This document shows positions 36,480 to 48,838 of a DNA stretch of 48,838 nucleotides, in pieces. The number at the start of each line of letters is the position of its first letter. The stretch's first letter is position 1. Location of the stretch: positions 77,507,090 to 77,555,927 of the forward strand of contig NC_068981.1 of NCBI RefSeq assembly GCF_001194135.2. The letters run 5' to 3'. This DNA comes from Octopus bimaculoides (lineage: Eukaryota). The notes under the pieces are model-generated. The model saw only the letters and a list, made by a program, of their open reading frames with translations. It was not told the origin of the DNA and searched no databases. A program made the translations under genes and the position numbers.

Positions 36480-36570
36480 TTAGTCGTTCGAGTGACTAGA
36501 AATAGCAAGCAAGTCTCACTGGAATCATATTATACCATCTTTCAAAAAGAAGGATATTTGGCTAACCTAC
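36480..36570 (-). mobile_element. Dispersed repeat family D fragment
   Basis: rc GAGACTTGCTTGCTATTTCTAGTCACTCGAACGACTA matches the D-family motif at 8736-8770. Confidence 0.45.
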
Positions 36571-38670
36571 AAATTAATGGATAGAATGATCAAAATTGAA
36601 ACATTTTTGATCATAAGCTTATTCACTCAGTGGATATTTGGGAATCAATAACAACAATGGCATTAAACCTATGAATATGCCGTCTAATTCAATCAGCTGA
36701 TACCCTCCCTAGGGAGAAATATATTTGTTGCCTGCTTCATTCTTTGCTTTCGACGCACAAATCTTGGAATGTGATTTCGACTTTCCTTGCGAATCATTTC
36801 ATTTTACGTACATCTTTAATGCATATTTCAGTTATTTTTCTTGACACTTTATAAATGTATGCATTAATGTGAATTTCAAAGTGTTGTGTTGATCTTGTAG
36901 TCAACGAAAGCATTCTTTATGTAAATTCGTCCAACCGATATAGTTAGTATTTGTAGGTTTTGCACTCCGTGAAAGGAGAAAAGTGGGTGCCTGGTCTCTG
37001 GAGAGATTCCATTTCGGATTGAAGCCGGTTAAGTCAATGCTATTTTTCTTTCAAGGGGAAGACAAAATTCACCTTTGTTTACTTTTGTTACAAAGTATTT
37101 TAGCCATTTTAGCGGTGATGGCTAAAACTTTGTACTGCTTACAAACATATATCTTAAATTACTTTTTAAAGTACGCATGTAGTTTGTCATTTGTTTTGTG
37201 CATTCTCATGCTTTCACAGATATCTGAAAATTAACAGAGAACTATATCTTCGCCGTAGACGAACTGAAGAAGGGGAGATTTTAAACGAATAAGAAATTGC
37301 AAGTCTTCCTTTGTTGAACTCGTATTAGCGATAGCGAAGGCTAGAAGTAGTTTATAGCAAATGTGAATATTGTTTTCTTTTTTCTTATACTCTATTTCTT
37401 TCCCCTATTCGGAACTAACGAACCAACTGGATGCATTAAGTCTTTAGTCAACTAAAAACCGATTAGTTTATTGTGAAAAGCACCGAAACACGCACGCACA
37501 AACACGTACAAGCACACAAAATGTATATGTATATATATATATATATAAGGAATTGCTGACGTTTCCAAGAGAGTTAGATCAATTGCTTTCTTGTGTGTGT
37601 TTTTTTTTCTCTCAGATATTTTTTCCTTTTTATTCTTTCTGGTTTGAGTGAAATCATTAAGAGAGCCAACCTATTGGTGGCTACATTAAGGTTGCTAGGC
37701 AAAGAGTAACATACTAAGCTTTAGAAGAAGTTCATTTTTTTTTCTTGTTCTGTTCTTTCTATTTTATTATTGCGGACTATGATTTCCATTAAATTTTTAA
37801 GATGACAGAAAATGAAAAGATACAATAATTGGTGAAGTCGTTATCGTCTCCCACTTTTGATACGAGGAGGAGATGTATACGATTTTTTTACGCACAAGAT
37901 CCCGGCCTTCACATTCATAAGTAGATTCCATCAAAATTCAGTTGCACAGATTCCTAAGATGTTTTTTACATTGCTGACTACGCTTATTTCAGTGAGACGT
38001 TTTCCTTTTCGTTTTTTTTTTTCGTTTGTTTGTTTATTAATCTGCTATAAAGTTAAAATCATGTTGGCATGCAATTAATTGAAGGTCAACATTTAATGAA
38101 ATATGGACTCTTGGAAGGAGCAAATACCAACAAACAGACGTGAAAAGCTTAGGTTCAGTCATTTGGTACACATTTTCAGCAGAGTGTGTCTATACTTTTA
38201 TATGCGTATGCATATGGTGCGTCTGTTTATGTGTGCACGTGTGCGTGTGTTTCTGTGTCTATTTATGCGCACACGTGAGAGTGTGTATATGTGAGAGAGA
38301 GAGACAGACAGACAGAGAGAGACTGAGAGACAGAGAGAGACAGAGAGACAGAGAGTATGCGCCTCCGTGTATGTGTGTAAGCTTTCAATGAAGTATTTAG
38401 TGTCCGTCTAAGAATCCTTCATCTATCAACAAAAGGATAAGTATCTCATTATATATTCATGAGTAGATATGTGAAGAGAAGTGCTTTCTAATGGTAAATA
38501 TAACCACACACACACACACACATACATACATACACTAACACACACACACACACACATATATGCACTCAATATAATATAATACAGTACCATATATATGTAA
38601 ATATTCATTATGTGTGTTTGTGTGTGTGTGTGTGTATGTACGTATAAGTATATATACATACATATATATA

Positions 38671-38715
<45 letters not shown>

Positions 38716-38806
38716 TGTATGTGTATATATGTATGTATATATAGGTATATTTATATATAGGTATATATATATATATACATGTATATATGTGTGTNNNNNN
38801 NNNNNN

Positions 38807-38853
<47 letters not shown>

Positions 38854-39048
38854 ATATATATATATATATAAATGTATGTATATATGTATATTCAAATTAA
38901 ACATTAACTAATTCATAATGTATACATGAATAATATATGTATGTGAAATGTTTGTGTCATATTAGTCTATATGTATGTTTCTCTGTGTGAGGGTGTATGA
39001 ATATGTAGCTACGTGAATGTGTGTGTAGCGGTGTGTGTGTGTGTGTAG

Positions 39049-39111
<63 letters not shown>

Positions 39112-39508
39112 TGTTTGTGTGTGTGTATGTGTGTGCCGAGTTGTTCGCGTATTTATATATGTTATAGATAATAAACTCCAAAACGGAATTACTGAATAAG
39201 GCTTAGGCTTTCGATAAAAGTCTAAAACTCCGTACTGCAGCTCATAAAAACCGATTAATACATAGTCCCTTTAAACGATTAGCTAAAGTCTTCTTCATCT
39301 TTCCATTCTTCTTCTCCTACTTCGCTGAGCGTTCAGCTAAGCCATCACCAACGTTATGGGTGTATATGTGTGCATATGTGTATGTATGTATGTATGTATG
39401 TATGTATGTATGTGCGTATGTGTGTATTTATATACGGCTGTACCTATAAATATTCACGCACAAACACACACATATGTATAGAGAAAGTGAAAGGGAAAGG
39501 AGCGAGAG

Positions 39509-39542
<34 letters not shown>

Positions 39543-40947
39543 CTCTCACTCCTTTCACTCATATATATATATATANNNNNNNNNNNNNNNNNNNNNNNNN
39601 NNNNNNNNNNNNNNNNNNNNNNNNNNNNNNNNNNNNNNNNNNNNNNNNNNNNNNNNNNNNNNNNNNNNNNNNNNNNNNNNNNNNNNNNNNNNNNNNNNNN
39701 NNNNNNNNNNNNNNNNNNNNNNNNNNNNNNNNNNNNNNNNNNNNNNNNNNNNNNNNNNNNNNNNNNNNNNNNNNNNNNNNNNNNNNNNNNNNNNNNNNNN
39801 NNNNNNNNNNNNNNNNNNNNNNNNNNNNNNNNNNNNNNNNNNNNNNNNNNNNNNNNNNNNNNNNNNNNNNNNNNNNNNNNNNNNNNNNNNNNNNNNNNNN
39901 NNNNNNNNNNNNNNNNNNNNNNNNNNNNNNNNNNNNNNNNNNNNNNNNNNNNNNNNNNNNNNNNNNNNNNNNNNNNNNNNNNNNNNNNNNNNNNNNNNNN
40001 NNNNNNNNNNNNNNNNNNNNNNNNNNNNNNNNNNNNNNNNNNNNNNNNNNNNNNNNNNNNNNNNNNNNNNNNNNNNNNNNNNNNNNNNNNNNNNNNNNNN
40101 NNNNNNNNNNNNNNNNNNNNNNNNNNNNNNNNNNNNNNNNNNNNNNNNNNNNNNNNNNNNNNNNNNNNNNNNNNNNNNNNNNNNNNNNNNNNNNNNNNNN
40201 NNNNNNNNNNNNNNNNNNNNNNTATATATATATATATATATATATATGTACATACATCACAATTATACATGTATTTATATATGTATAGATTGAAGATAAA
40301 CATACCCATTGATATATGCACGCACACATATGTATACGTGTGTATGTGCCCGTGCGTATGTGCGTGTTTGCATGTGCATTTGTGTGGGTGTATGTATACA
40401 CATACTCCAACTGCTGTCAATCGTTAATGGTCATGAGTACCTTCATAATTATTCAACCCTCGAGATAAGATATACATTTAATGTGCTGTTGATATATGTA
40501 TGAACTTAAGATTATATCTCATCTTTTTATATTCGTATTTTCCCCCTCGTTCTTCTCTACTTTAGAGCCTTCTCTTTATGGTGTCCTTATAAGCGAGATT
40601 AACTATACTTTCGTTGCTTTTCGGGTAGTGGTGAATAGCAGGTCAGTTAGGATCGTCTTGCACTTGACATTCGGATAACATGCCCTATCTTGCTTGTGTT
40701 TTCCTTCTGGGTAGCTAGCTCTTCCATGCAGTATTCCGACCTAAACACAATTTTCCCTCCAGGAGATATGAATGTGCGTTTCATACTATAAATGCATGTA
40801 AATAAACAAACGAAGTTTGCTTTTAGAAGCGTTGAGATGTCTTTTAGAAAGTTAAAGAAGTGATTTTAAATTCTCACTCGCAGAATAATGCTAATAATAT
40901 AGCCTGAACAGGATAAACTACCCCTACTTTGCAGAGAAAAGTGTAGG

Positions 40948-41023
40948 TGGTTATCTGTGGACTCGAACTCACATCCCCGTGATTACATCTCACGATACTT
41001 TGACCGATTAAGCTAAGCTACCC
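40948..41023 (-). ncRNA. tRNA-like element, left (more damaged) copy
   Basis: rc of the 41235 copy with 4 substitutions; two of them disrupt the acceptor stem. Confidence 0.55.
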
Positions 41024-41234
41024 ACTACAAATTCCTCTGCAAATTAAGATACATAAATCTCGCTTTATGAGACGCTCTCATATGTTAAATTCAAATTACG
41101 ACAAACGTAAATAAACAAACGAAGTTTGCTTTTAGAAGCGTTGAGATGTCTTTTAGAAAGTTAAAGAAGTGATTTTAAATTTTTGTCGTAATTTGAATTT
41201 AACATATGAGAGCNNNNNNNNNNGAATTTGTAGT

Positions 41235-41310
41235 GGGTAGCTTAGCTTAATCGGTCAAAGCATCGTGACATGTAATCACGGGGATGTGAGTTCGAGTCCA
41301 CAGCTACCCA
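41235..41310 (+). ncRNA. tRNA-like Pol III unit (Thr-TGT-like loop, non-canonical)
   Basis: Acceptor GGGTAGCT/AGCTACCC, A box TAGCTTAATCGG, D stem GCTT/AAGC, anticodon stem CGTGA/TCACG with loop CATGTAA, B box GTTCGAGTC, and TTTT 7 nt downstream. The T-stem has a 1-nt deletion and position 33 is A. Confidence 0.65.
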
Positions 41311-41489
41311 CCTACACTTTTCTCTGCAAAGTAGGGGTAGTTTATCCTGTTCAGGCTATATTATTAGCATTATTCTGCGATTGAGAATTTAAAATCACTT
41401 CTTTAACTTTACAAATGCATGAAATTTCTCCCCCTAAATTTCGGCACAGTACAAAAGAGCGGAGAAAACGTCTGTTCTGTAATTATCGG

Positions 41490-41698
41490 TTTCAAATTTT
41501 GGCACAAGGCGAACAAGTTCAGGGCAGTTGGTAAGCCGATTGCATCGAACCCAGTGCTTAACTGGTACTTATTTTATTGACCCCGTAGGAAGAATGGCAA
41601 ATCAACCTCGGCGGAATTTGAACTCAGAACATAAAGACGACAAAATGCCGCTAAGCATTTTGCTTGGCGCGCTAACGATTCTACGAGCTTGCAACCTT
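41490..41698 (-). mobile_element. SINE family B (tail Y), near full length
   Basis: GGTTTCAAATTTTGGCACAAGG, CTGGTACTTATTTTATTGACCCC, GGAATTTGAACTCAG and GCGCTAACGATTCTAC blocks. Confidence 0.85.
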
Positions 41699-42213
41699 CG
41701 ACTGTCGATGCTGAAGGAATAGACAGTTCTTCAAATGATGGGCGCTTTTATAGTTCAATGCCAAGCAGTCCATTCTGTGTTAATAATTATACTGTCAAGC
41801 TGTACGAAATCTTACATCATACACTTGTGTTGATACAGTGCTTGACTGGAAAAATTCTGCCATTTTTACATTTATCTGGAAATTTTTTAAATCCAATACA
41901 CAAGGCATCTACGATCTTTTACTTTTGTTTTATGTACTGTATGAGTGACTAGCAAACTGACATTTGTATTCAATTACGCTCTTAGAAATAGTCCGGTGGT
42001 TCTCATTTATGTAATAAAATGGACGATGTTGAAAAGGTCAACGATATGGTGCAAATATATATATAAAGTCTTGTCCACAAGTCTTCTCCAATATCGCTGC
42101 AAGGAAGATAACAAAGAATCCAGTTACGGAAAACATATGACATTTTAAACAGTTTGTAATAGGAAATGAGTTTTATGTATTTCCTGGATTGCTGACTTTC
42201 AATTCATATATTA

Positions 42214-43075
42214 TTCGAGGGTGGGCTGGAACTTTACAGGCTGACTATGAAGGAATGAGACTAGAGCTGTTAAATCTTGCATGCATTAATTTCATCTCTT
42301 CTTATTCATAACTACATTATTTCTTTCCTGTTAAACTGACACCTGGATCTTCAAAGAATGCTTCAAATGTAACAAGTAATGACGTCTCTTGAAAATGGAC
42401 ACAATTTGGCATTATGGTGTTATCAAGTACTTACTTAAAAGGGTTTAGTCCCCAGAGACATTCATGCCGATATGGTTGCTACATTAGGGGCTGATGTTCC
42501 GGCTTTATTAACAGGACAAAAGTGAGTAGCTGAATTTAGGAGGGAAAGGGAGAGTTTTGAAGGTGACCCAAAGTCTAGGTGTCTTGCAAATGCTACTACC
42601 TAGAGAAACACTGAACGTGTTTACCACATGGTAATGAATAACAGGCAATTGACTATAAATCAAATAAGCAAAGCTATTAGCACATCTCGTAGGAGAGTTG
42701 AAAATATTCTACCAAATGAACTTGACATAACGAAAGCTTCTCTGTGGGTGCAATGTCTTCTGATACCTAATCAAAACAGCACCAGCCTGGTCACATCGAA
42801 CAAAAAAATCTGATATTATTTTAAGCAGATCCATCTGGTTCTCTACAGTATCTTCTTAAGCCAGGATGAATGTTGGCTTCATAGCTTTGAGCCAGAGACA
42901 AGGAAACAATTCATGTAGTGAAGACATTCCCCTTACCTGCTCCAAAGAAGGTCAAGATCATTGCATCTGCAGAGATTATGGCTTTAGTTTGGGGGGATGA
43001 AAACTTATTGTATTCAAAAGGGGCACACCATCAATGGTGTGTATTATGGAGTGTATAACTTGCTGAGACAGGTAT
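42214..43075 (+). mobile_element. Decayed mariner (irritans-like) transposon, 3' part lost at microsatellite/gap
   Basis: TA|TTCGAGGGTGGGCTGG terminus; ATG at 42395. Fragments MDTIWHYGVIKY, DIHADMVATLG, HMVMNNRQLTINQI, WVQCLL (cf. WVPRLL), SQDECWLHSFEPETRKQ (first catalytic D) and KGHTING; many stops. Confidence 0.85.
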
Positions 43076-43639
43076 GAGAAAGAGAGAGACAGACAGACAG
43101 ATAGACAGAGACAGACAGATAGACAGAGACAGACAGACAGACAGATAGATAGATAGATAGATAGATAGATANNNNNNNNNNNNNNNNNNNNNNNNNNNNN
43201 NNNNNNNNNNNNNNNNNNNNNNNNNNNNNNNNNNNNNNNNNNNNNNNNNNNNNNNNNNNNNNNNNNNNNNNNNNNNNNNNNNNNNNNNNNNNNNNNNNNN
43301 NNNNNNNNNNNNNNNNNNNNNNNNNNNNNNNNNNNNNNNNNNNNNNNNNNNNNNNNNNNNNNNNNNNNNNNNNNNNNNNNNNNNNNNNNNNNNNNNNNNN
43401 NNNNNNNNNNNNNNNNNNNNNNNNNNNNNNNNNNNNNNNNNNNNNNNNNNNNNNNNNNNNNNNNNNNNNNNNNNNNNNNNNNNNNNNNNNNNNNNNNNNN
43501 NNNNNNNNNNNNNNNNNNNNNNNNNNNNNNNNNNNNNNNNNNNNNNNNNNNNNNNNNNNNNNNNNNNNNNNNNNNNNNNNNNNNNNNNNNNNNNNNNNNN
43601 NNNNNNNNNNNNNNNNNNNNNNNNNNNNNNNNNNNNNNN

Positions 43640-43707
<68 letters not shown>

Positions 43708-43759
43708 GTTTGCGTGACTGTGTTTGCGTGACTGTGTGTGTGAGTTTGTGTGCGTGTGT

Positions 43760-43975
43760 GTATCTGTGTTTTTTTTCCTGTGTTAGACCTTATTATCTTT
43801 GACAACCGGTGCTGGTACATTTACGTCCCCATAAATTTAGTGTTCGGTAAAACACTGAATAAGTACCAGGCTTCAAAAAGAAATGCGTTCTAGAGTCGAT
43901 CGTTCGACTAATATTTCTTAAAGGTAAGGCCCCAGCATGGCCGCAGTCTAATGAGTAAAACGAGTGAAAGAAAAA
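43760..43975 (+). mobile_element. SINE family A, 3' half
   Basis: TTGACAACCGGTGCTGGTACATTTACGTCCCC...CCCAGCATGGCCGCAGTC. Confidence 0.8.
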
Positions 43976-44044
43976 GATGGAAGCTATATAAAGTATATGT
44001 CGCGGATTCTTCGTCTGTGTCATCGGTGAAGAATTAGTTTGTTG

Positions 44045-44359
44045 TTAGTTGTTAGCGCACTCTACTTACAACCGGAAGGTCATGAGTACGTTTCACAGCG
44101 GCGTATTGTTCCCTTGAGCAAGACATTTCATTTCACGTTGCTCCAGTCCCCGTGCCTGGCAAAAATGAGTAGTACCTGTATTTAAAAGGGCCACCCTTTT
44201 GTCACATCGTATGTCCTGCTGAATCTCCATGAGAACTACGTTAAGAGTACGCCTGTCTGTGGAGTGCTTAGTTATTTGCACGTTAATTTCACAGAATAGC
44301 CTGCTGTTCCGTTGATGGGATCGACTAGAACACTCGTCGTCGTAACCGACGGAGTGCCA
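44045..44359 (+). mobile_element. SINE family C with V-domain-like block
   Basis: Degenerate tRNA head, TTGTTCCCTTGAGCAAGACATTTCATTTCACGTTGCTCCAGTCC (recalled resemblance to V-SINE domain), tail CTCGTCGTCGTAACCGACGGAGTGCCA identical to 12304. Confidence 0.8.
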
Positions 44360-44619
44360 GTTCGTGTATCACATATGGATGTATCCCCAACGCAATTGAC
44401 CGCAGTATTGGCAGAGAAATTATGACAAGGTCAGATCATTAAATAATGAATGCATTTCAAAGATAAAAAATGATTCTATCCCAGTACAACAGGGTACCTT
44501 ACCGATACCGAAAGAAGTAAAGGTAAAGTTGTTCGCGATGGACAGAAAGCTGGAAAGTTCAATGAGAGGCGATACCTGTTCAGTCATTTCGTCAGGTGCC
44601 TTGAATTCGTTGTGAAACT

Positions 44620-44955
44620 TCATCAGTGATAATCCTTGAGCCCTTGGGTCGTTCAGGATTTCCCAAGAACAACCATATTTAACTCACTCTTGTATAAGTC
44701 ATGGTGTGTCACCTTGAAAGTACACGGCATGGGCCTGCTCTATTTATACAATATCAATAAATTCTTTCTCTGCGTGCTTCTGTGATGGAAACACAGCTTC
44801 CTACTATTTTCTGCTCCTGTGATTCCAATCGTAGTCAGAGCATTGCAAAGTTAGTACGTTACAATCCCTCGGTAGCCCAAATTTACAGTGAACTGGTAAA
44901 CCTCGGCTTCCCCACAGTCGTTAGCTCCTGGTAGTTAACAATATTTTATCATAAG
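44620..44955 (-). pseudogene. Second HERO-like RLE C-terminus plus 3' UTR, highly decayed
   Basis: Minus-strand translation KYC*L...FTVNLGYRGIVTY*LCNALTTIGITGAENSRK../SITEA parallels the HERO end KY..L...PIEVGCRGF....LC.AL..LGITG....ITEA. Confidence 0.65.
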
Positions 44956-45011
44956 ATTCTTCCAAGCATTCTGTTTAGGACACATACATATATGTACAAA
45001 TATACATACAT

Positions 45012-45046
<35 letters not shown>

Positions 45047-45082
45047 NNNNNNNNNNNNNNNNNNNNNNNNNNNNNNNNNNNN

Positions 45083-45124
<42 letters not shown>

Positions 45125-45804
45125 GTACAGGCCCAAATACGAAAAGAAGATAACTCGCTCGTCAGTTTCTACCATTTTAGTACTACTTATTTCGCGCTTT
45201 TAACGACAAGGTAGGAAAACTTCATAAGACAGCCGCATCCAGAAATTTTAATAATATAAAATTTGTGGGGAGTTAGAGCTTCGAACGAACAAACAACAGA
45301 ATTGACGTACAAAGTAAACAATCGACGAAGACAAGGCTGCGTGGCATTCGATTATAAATAAAAGGAGGAGATAGATTGGACATCCTATTACTAATGTTAG
45401 CTATTAGGGTTTTAAACACTATAGGTGAGTGACAGGATTGTTTGTCTACGTAGAGCAGTTTCTCGTTAGGCTTATAGTTCGGTTTATAAGATTGAGTTTA
45501 AGTCTAAGGAAACCTGTAAAAAATCGACTTTTGAGAGATTAGTTGTAAGAGTGGTTTTCAGGCTTAATTATCTAATGATTTTAATGAGCTTTCCTCCTAA
45601 ATTTATCCAGAGTGCAGCAATGACAAATTCCCAACCCATCATCTCGTTATAGACCAAAATCATGGGATGGGAACTTCAATATAGACTTGCATGCATGCGA
45701 GAAAAATATTTCTATTAAATAAGGACTCAGCATGGCTTAAAAATACAAAGGAATTGTAAGATATATCGATAGGATCATTTGATAGTGCTGACACCTATGA
45801 TCTT

Positions 45805-45932
45805 GTAGCTCTCTTTGCCTTACATGCTTTCTAGGTCGATAAAATATGTAGCAGTTTGGCACTGGACTCCATCAAATCAACTTAACCCCTTCCTCAAAAT
45901 TGCTGGCCTTGTGCCAAAATTTGAAGCCAATA
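45805..45932 (+). mobile_element. SINE family B 3' fragment (tail Y)
   Basis: GGTCGATAAAATATGTAGCAG...CCTCAAAATTGCTGGCCTTGTGCCAAAATTTGAAGCC. Confidence 0.7.
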
Positions 45933-47638
45933 TTTTTATAGCGTATTAAATTCCATAAATGTAGTCATGAAATTTTGATACCGTTTAAGAAATGTTCCAA
46001 AGAAACACTTTTAAGTAATACTTTTAATCAATATTTTTCAAAACAGTATGTATGTTGGTTTTCATCATGCGTGTGCTAGTGCAGACGCATACACATACAC
46101 ATATACACATACACAGAATTATATATTCACTTATACATGTGCACACATGTGCACATATGCATAGAGACACATACGCACACATCGGCACGAACCCACATAT
46201 ATTAAAATGCATATCAATAGAATTTATTGATTAAAAATTTCGAAACTAATGTGTTTTGTCAGTCAGCAGGAAATTCAAGGACTCTTGTATTTGCATAAAC
46301 GAAGCTTGGCCGCTTGCATACAAGGCATTAACAGATAAATTCTTATGTTCAAATTATTATTGCCTTTAGTAAAAATTATCTATCTTTCACTGATACAAAG
46401 GCCAAACTGCATCTTTGATTTACTTTGAAGGACCCGTTCCTATATCGTTTCCCACTATTTGAAGTGGAGCAGGAAATTTTGAATTCGTGAAGACTTGTCT
46501 CACACAAGAAACATATAAATGAATGTTTGCGCTTGTAATAACGGTTTTTTAACATGAGTTCTGTTTCCTCACTATATGCTTTAGGTTCATCGCTTCAGTT
46601 TGATTTGATCTTCGCTCTTTATGCTGTCCAGCTTACGAAAAAGCTAGCGGACAGTTATTCATAATTCTACATGGTATTTATTGGCGAGCTGTTAGCATTT
46701 CTATTCTATTCAGTTTCTCATGTATATAAGGAAAAGCATTGAGAGTAGCTTCGAAATTTAATACTACTAAACATATTGAGTATTCTTTGAGTTTAATGTT
46801 AAATTGTGTTATATATAACTTGATGCGATATATATATTCGCCATGATAGATCGTTAACCACTACACACATTTTTTTTCTCTGCTTGTTTCTCTCCTTGTT
46901 TCTTTCTGTGTTCCTTTCTGTAGAAGAGCGTAGGCACGAAACGTTAAAGACTTTTTCAATTCCCAAGCGTTATACTAATATATCTGTTTGTTTACTACAC
47001 CACCTGTCTTCGTCTTTTTTTTTTGTGAATACTCCCTATATATATANNNNNNNNNNNNNNNNNNNNNNNNNNNNNNNNNNNNNNNNNNNNNNNNNNNNNN
47101 NNNNNNNNNNNNNNNNNNNNNNNNNNNNNNNNNNNNNNNNNNNNNNNNNNNNNNNNNNNNNNNNNNNNNNNNNNNNNNNNNNNNNNNNNNNNNNNNNNNN
47201 NNNNNNNNNNNNNNNNNNNNNNNNNNNNNNNNNNNNNNNNNNNNNNNNNNNNNNNNNNNNNNNNNNNNNNNNNNNNNNNNNNNNNNNNNNNNNNNNNNNN
47301 NNNNNNNNNNNNNNNNNNNNNNNNNNNNNNNNNNNNNNNNNNNNNNNNNNNNNNNNNNNNNNNNNNNNNNNNNNNNNNNNNNNNNNNNNNNNNNNNNNNN
47401 NNNNNNNNNNNNNNNNNNNNNNNNNNNNNNNNNNNNNNNNNNNNNNNNNNNNNNNNNNNNNNNNNNNNNNNNNNNNNNNNNNNNNNNNNNNNNNNNNNNN
47501 NNNNNNNNNNNNNNNNNNNNNNNNNNNNNNNNNNNNNNNNNNNNNNNNNNNNNNNNNNNNNNNNNNNNNNNNNNNNNNNNNNNNNNNNNNNNNNNNNNNN
47601 NNNNNNNNNNNNNNNNNNNNNNNNNNNNNNNNNNNNNN

Positions 47639-48282
47639 TACATGTATTTATGATATGATTATCTGTGAATGCGCATGGAATTTATACTTTCGAACAATTA
47701 ATTTAAGTGATAATTTCGAAAGTGCAAGACAATATTTGCAAGAAAGATAGCATGCATGGTTGGTCATTGAAATCTAAATTAATTACATAAATTATAAAAA
47801 TGGAAAAAGTGCACATGTAAGTGTGATTGTGGCTGCATATATGTATATGTATTTTTGTTTGTGTATGTGTGTGTGTATGTGTGTTTGTCTCTGCGTGTGT
47901 GAATGCATGCATTATGTGTATGCATATGTGCCTACATGTATTCAAAAGCTTTNNNNNNNNNNTAAATATACATGTATTTATGATATGATTATCTGTGAAT
48001 GCGCATGGAATTTATACTTTCGAACAATTAATTTAAGTGATAATTTCGAAAGTGCAAGACAATATTTGCAAGAAAGATAGCATGCATGGTTGGTCATTGA
48101 AATCTAAATTAATTACATAAATTATAAAAATGGAAAAAGTGCACATGTAAGTGTGATTGTGGCTGCATATATGTATATGTATTTTTGTTTGTGTATGTGT
48201 GTGTGTATGTGTGTTTGTCTCTGCGTGTGTGAATGCATGCATTATGTGTATGCATATGTGCCTACATGTATTCAAAAGCTTT
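47639..48282. other. Identical 314-bp duplication (47639-47952 = 47969-48282), probable assembly artefact
   Basis: First copy is bounded by N-runs on both sides; no mismatches seen. Confidence 0.75.
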
Positions 48283-48352
48283 GAACCGGTGGTTGTATTC
48301 AAATGGGTCAATTTGCACGCGCGACAGATGCACACACACATACACACACACA

Positions 48353-48387
<35 letters not shown>

Positions 48388-48838
48388 GCACGCACGCACA
48401 CGCACACGTATATTCGATATACCATCTCATGTGAACAGTCAATGTTTCATATTTCTTGCAACATACTCACACAAGCACACACACACGTACAAAAGGGTTA
48501 GGCTATCACACTTAATGAAGTAGCACACCTAGACGCAACTTCACGCGCATGCGCGAACAATTCAAACTCTTATAGAAGCTTTAAATTGTGTGTTATAAAG
48601 CATAACACGTCTTAATACTCCACTCTGTTCTATTGTCCAATATACATATATATTTATATACTCCTTTACTCTCAACCATAAGCGAATTGCAACCTCTCAA
48701 CCATAAGCGAATTGCATTATATTAGCATGCTACTTTCGTATAGAAATTAATGCCTACGGTATATACCTCGCTTGGATATTTACCACTTCCGCTCCCTATG
48801 AAACATATAGCTCGGATCTTTTCTACTCCATGCTTTAA

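Larger units (their letters stand above)
40798..41412. mobile_element. TSD-flanked inverted-duplication insertion carrying two tRNA-like units (Penelope-like pLTR architecture, tentative)
   Basis: Layout A-B-C-A-C'-[N10]-B'. A is an identical 75-bp direct repeat (40798-40872, 41107-41181). The inverted arms are 40848-41105 and 41182-41410. AAATGCAT(G) flanks both sides (40790-40798, 41413-41421). Confidence 0.7.

Noticed and set aside
44620-44680. CTGATGA/GAAA motifs in the HERO-like 3' UTR suggesting a hammerhead ribozyme
   Set aside because: Could not build the three required stems by eye, and the homologous region at ~36040-36085 lacks CTGATGA. An Infernal search with Rfam hammerhead models would decide.
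47639-48282. 314-bp tandem duplication as biology
   Set aside because: Identical copies around a 10-N join; likely assembly artefact.

Overview
AT-rich, microsatellite-dense eukaryotic (metazoan) DNA from a short-read draft assembly. It has 15 N-gaps, most flanked by (TA)n. The SINE types resemble those I recall from octopus/cephalopods (inference, not database-checked). No host protein-coding gene can be supported: almost all ORFs in the track are translations of simple repeats or N-runs. The recognisable content is a transposon landscape. It includes three tRNA-derived SINE families in multiple copies (A: CORE-like; B: Meta-like; C: V-domain-like) and a fourth dispersed repeat (D). It also includes three decayed Tc1/mariner elements, two HERO-like RLE retrotransposon remnants, LINE 3' ends whose tails match SINE tails, two hAT MITEs, a TA-flanked MITE and a tRNA-His pseudogene. 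The least explained structures are: (i) a ~615-bp TSD-flanked inverted duplication carrying two divergent tRNA-like Pol III units (40.8-41.4 kb); (ii) a ~1-kb fold-back element with ~300-bp arms around a telomere-like (CCCTAA)n array (26.6-27.6 kb); (iii) a 90-bp near-perfect palindrome (20.9 kb); and (iv) periodic clusters of transcription-factor-like motifs at 1.3-2.1 kb. All calls are by eye; coordinates of degenerate repeats are approximate.
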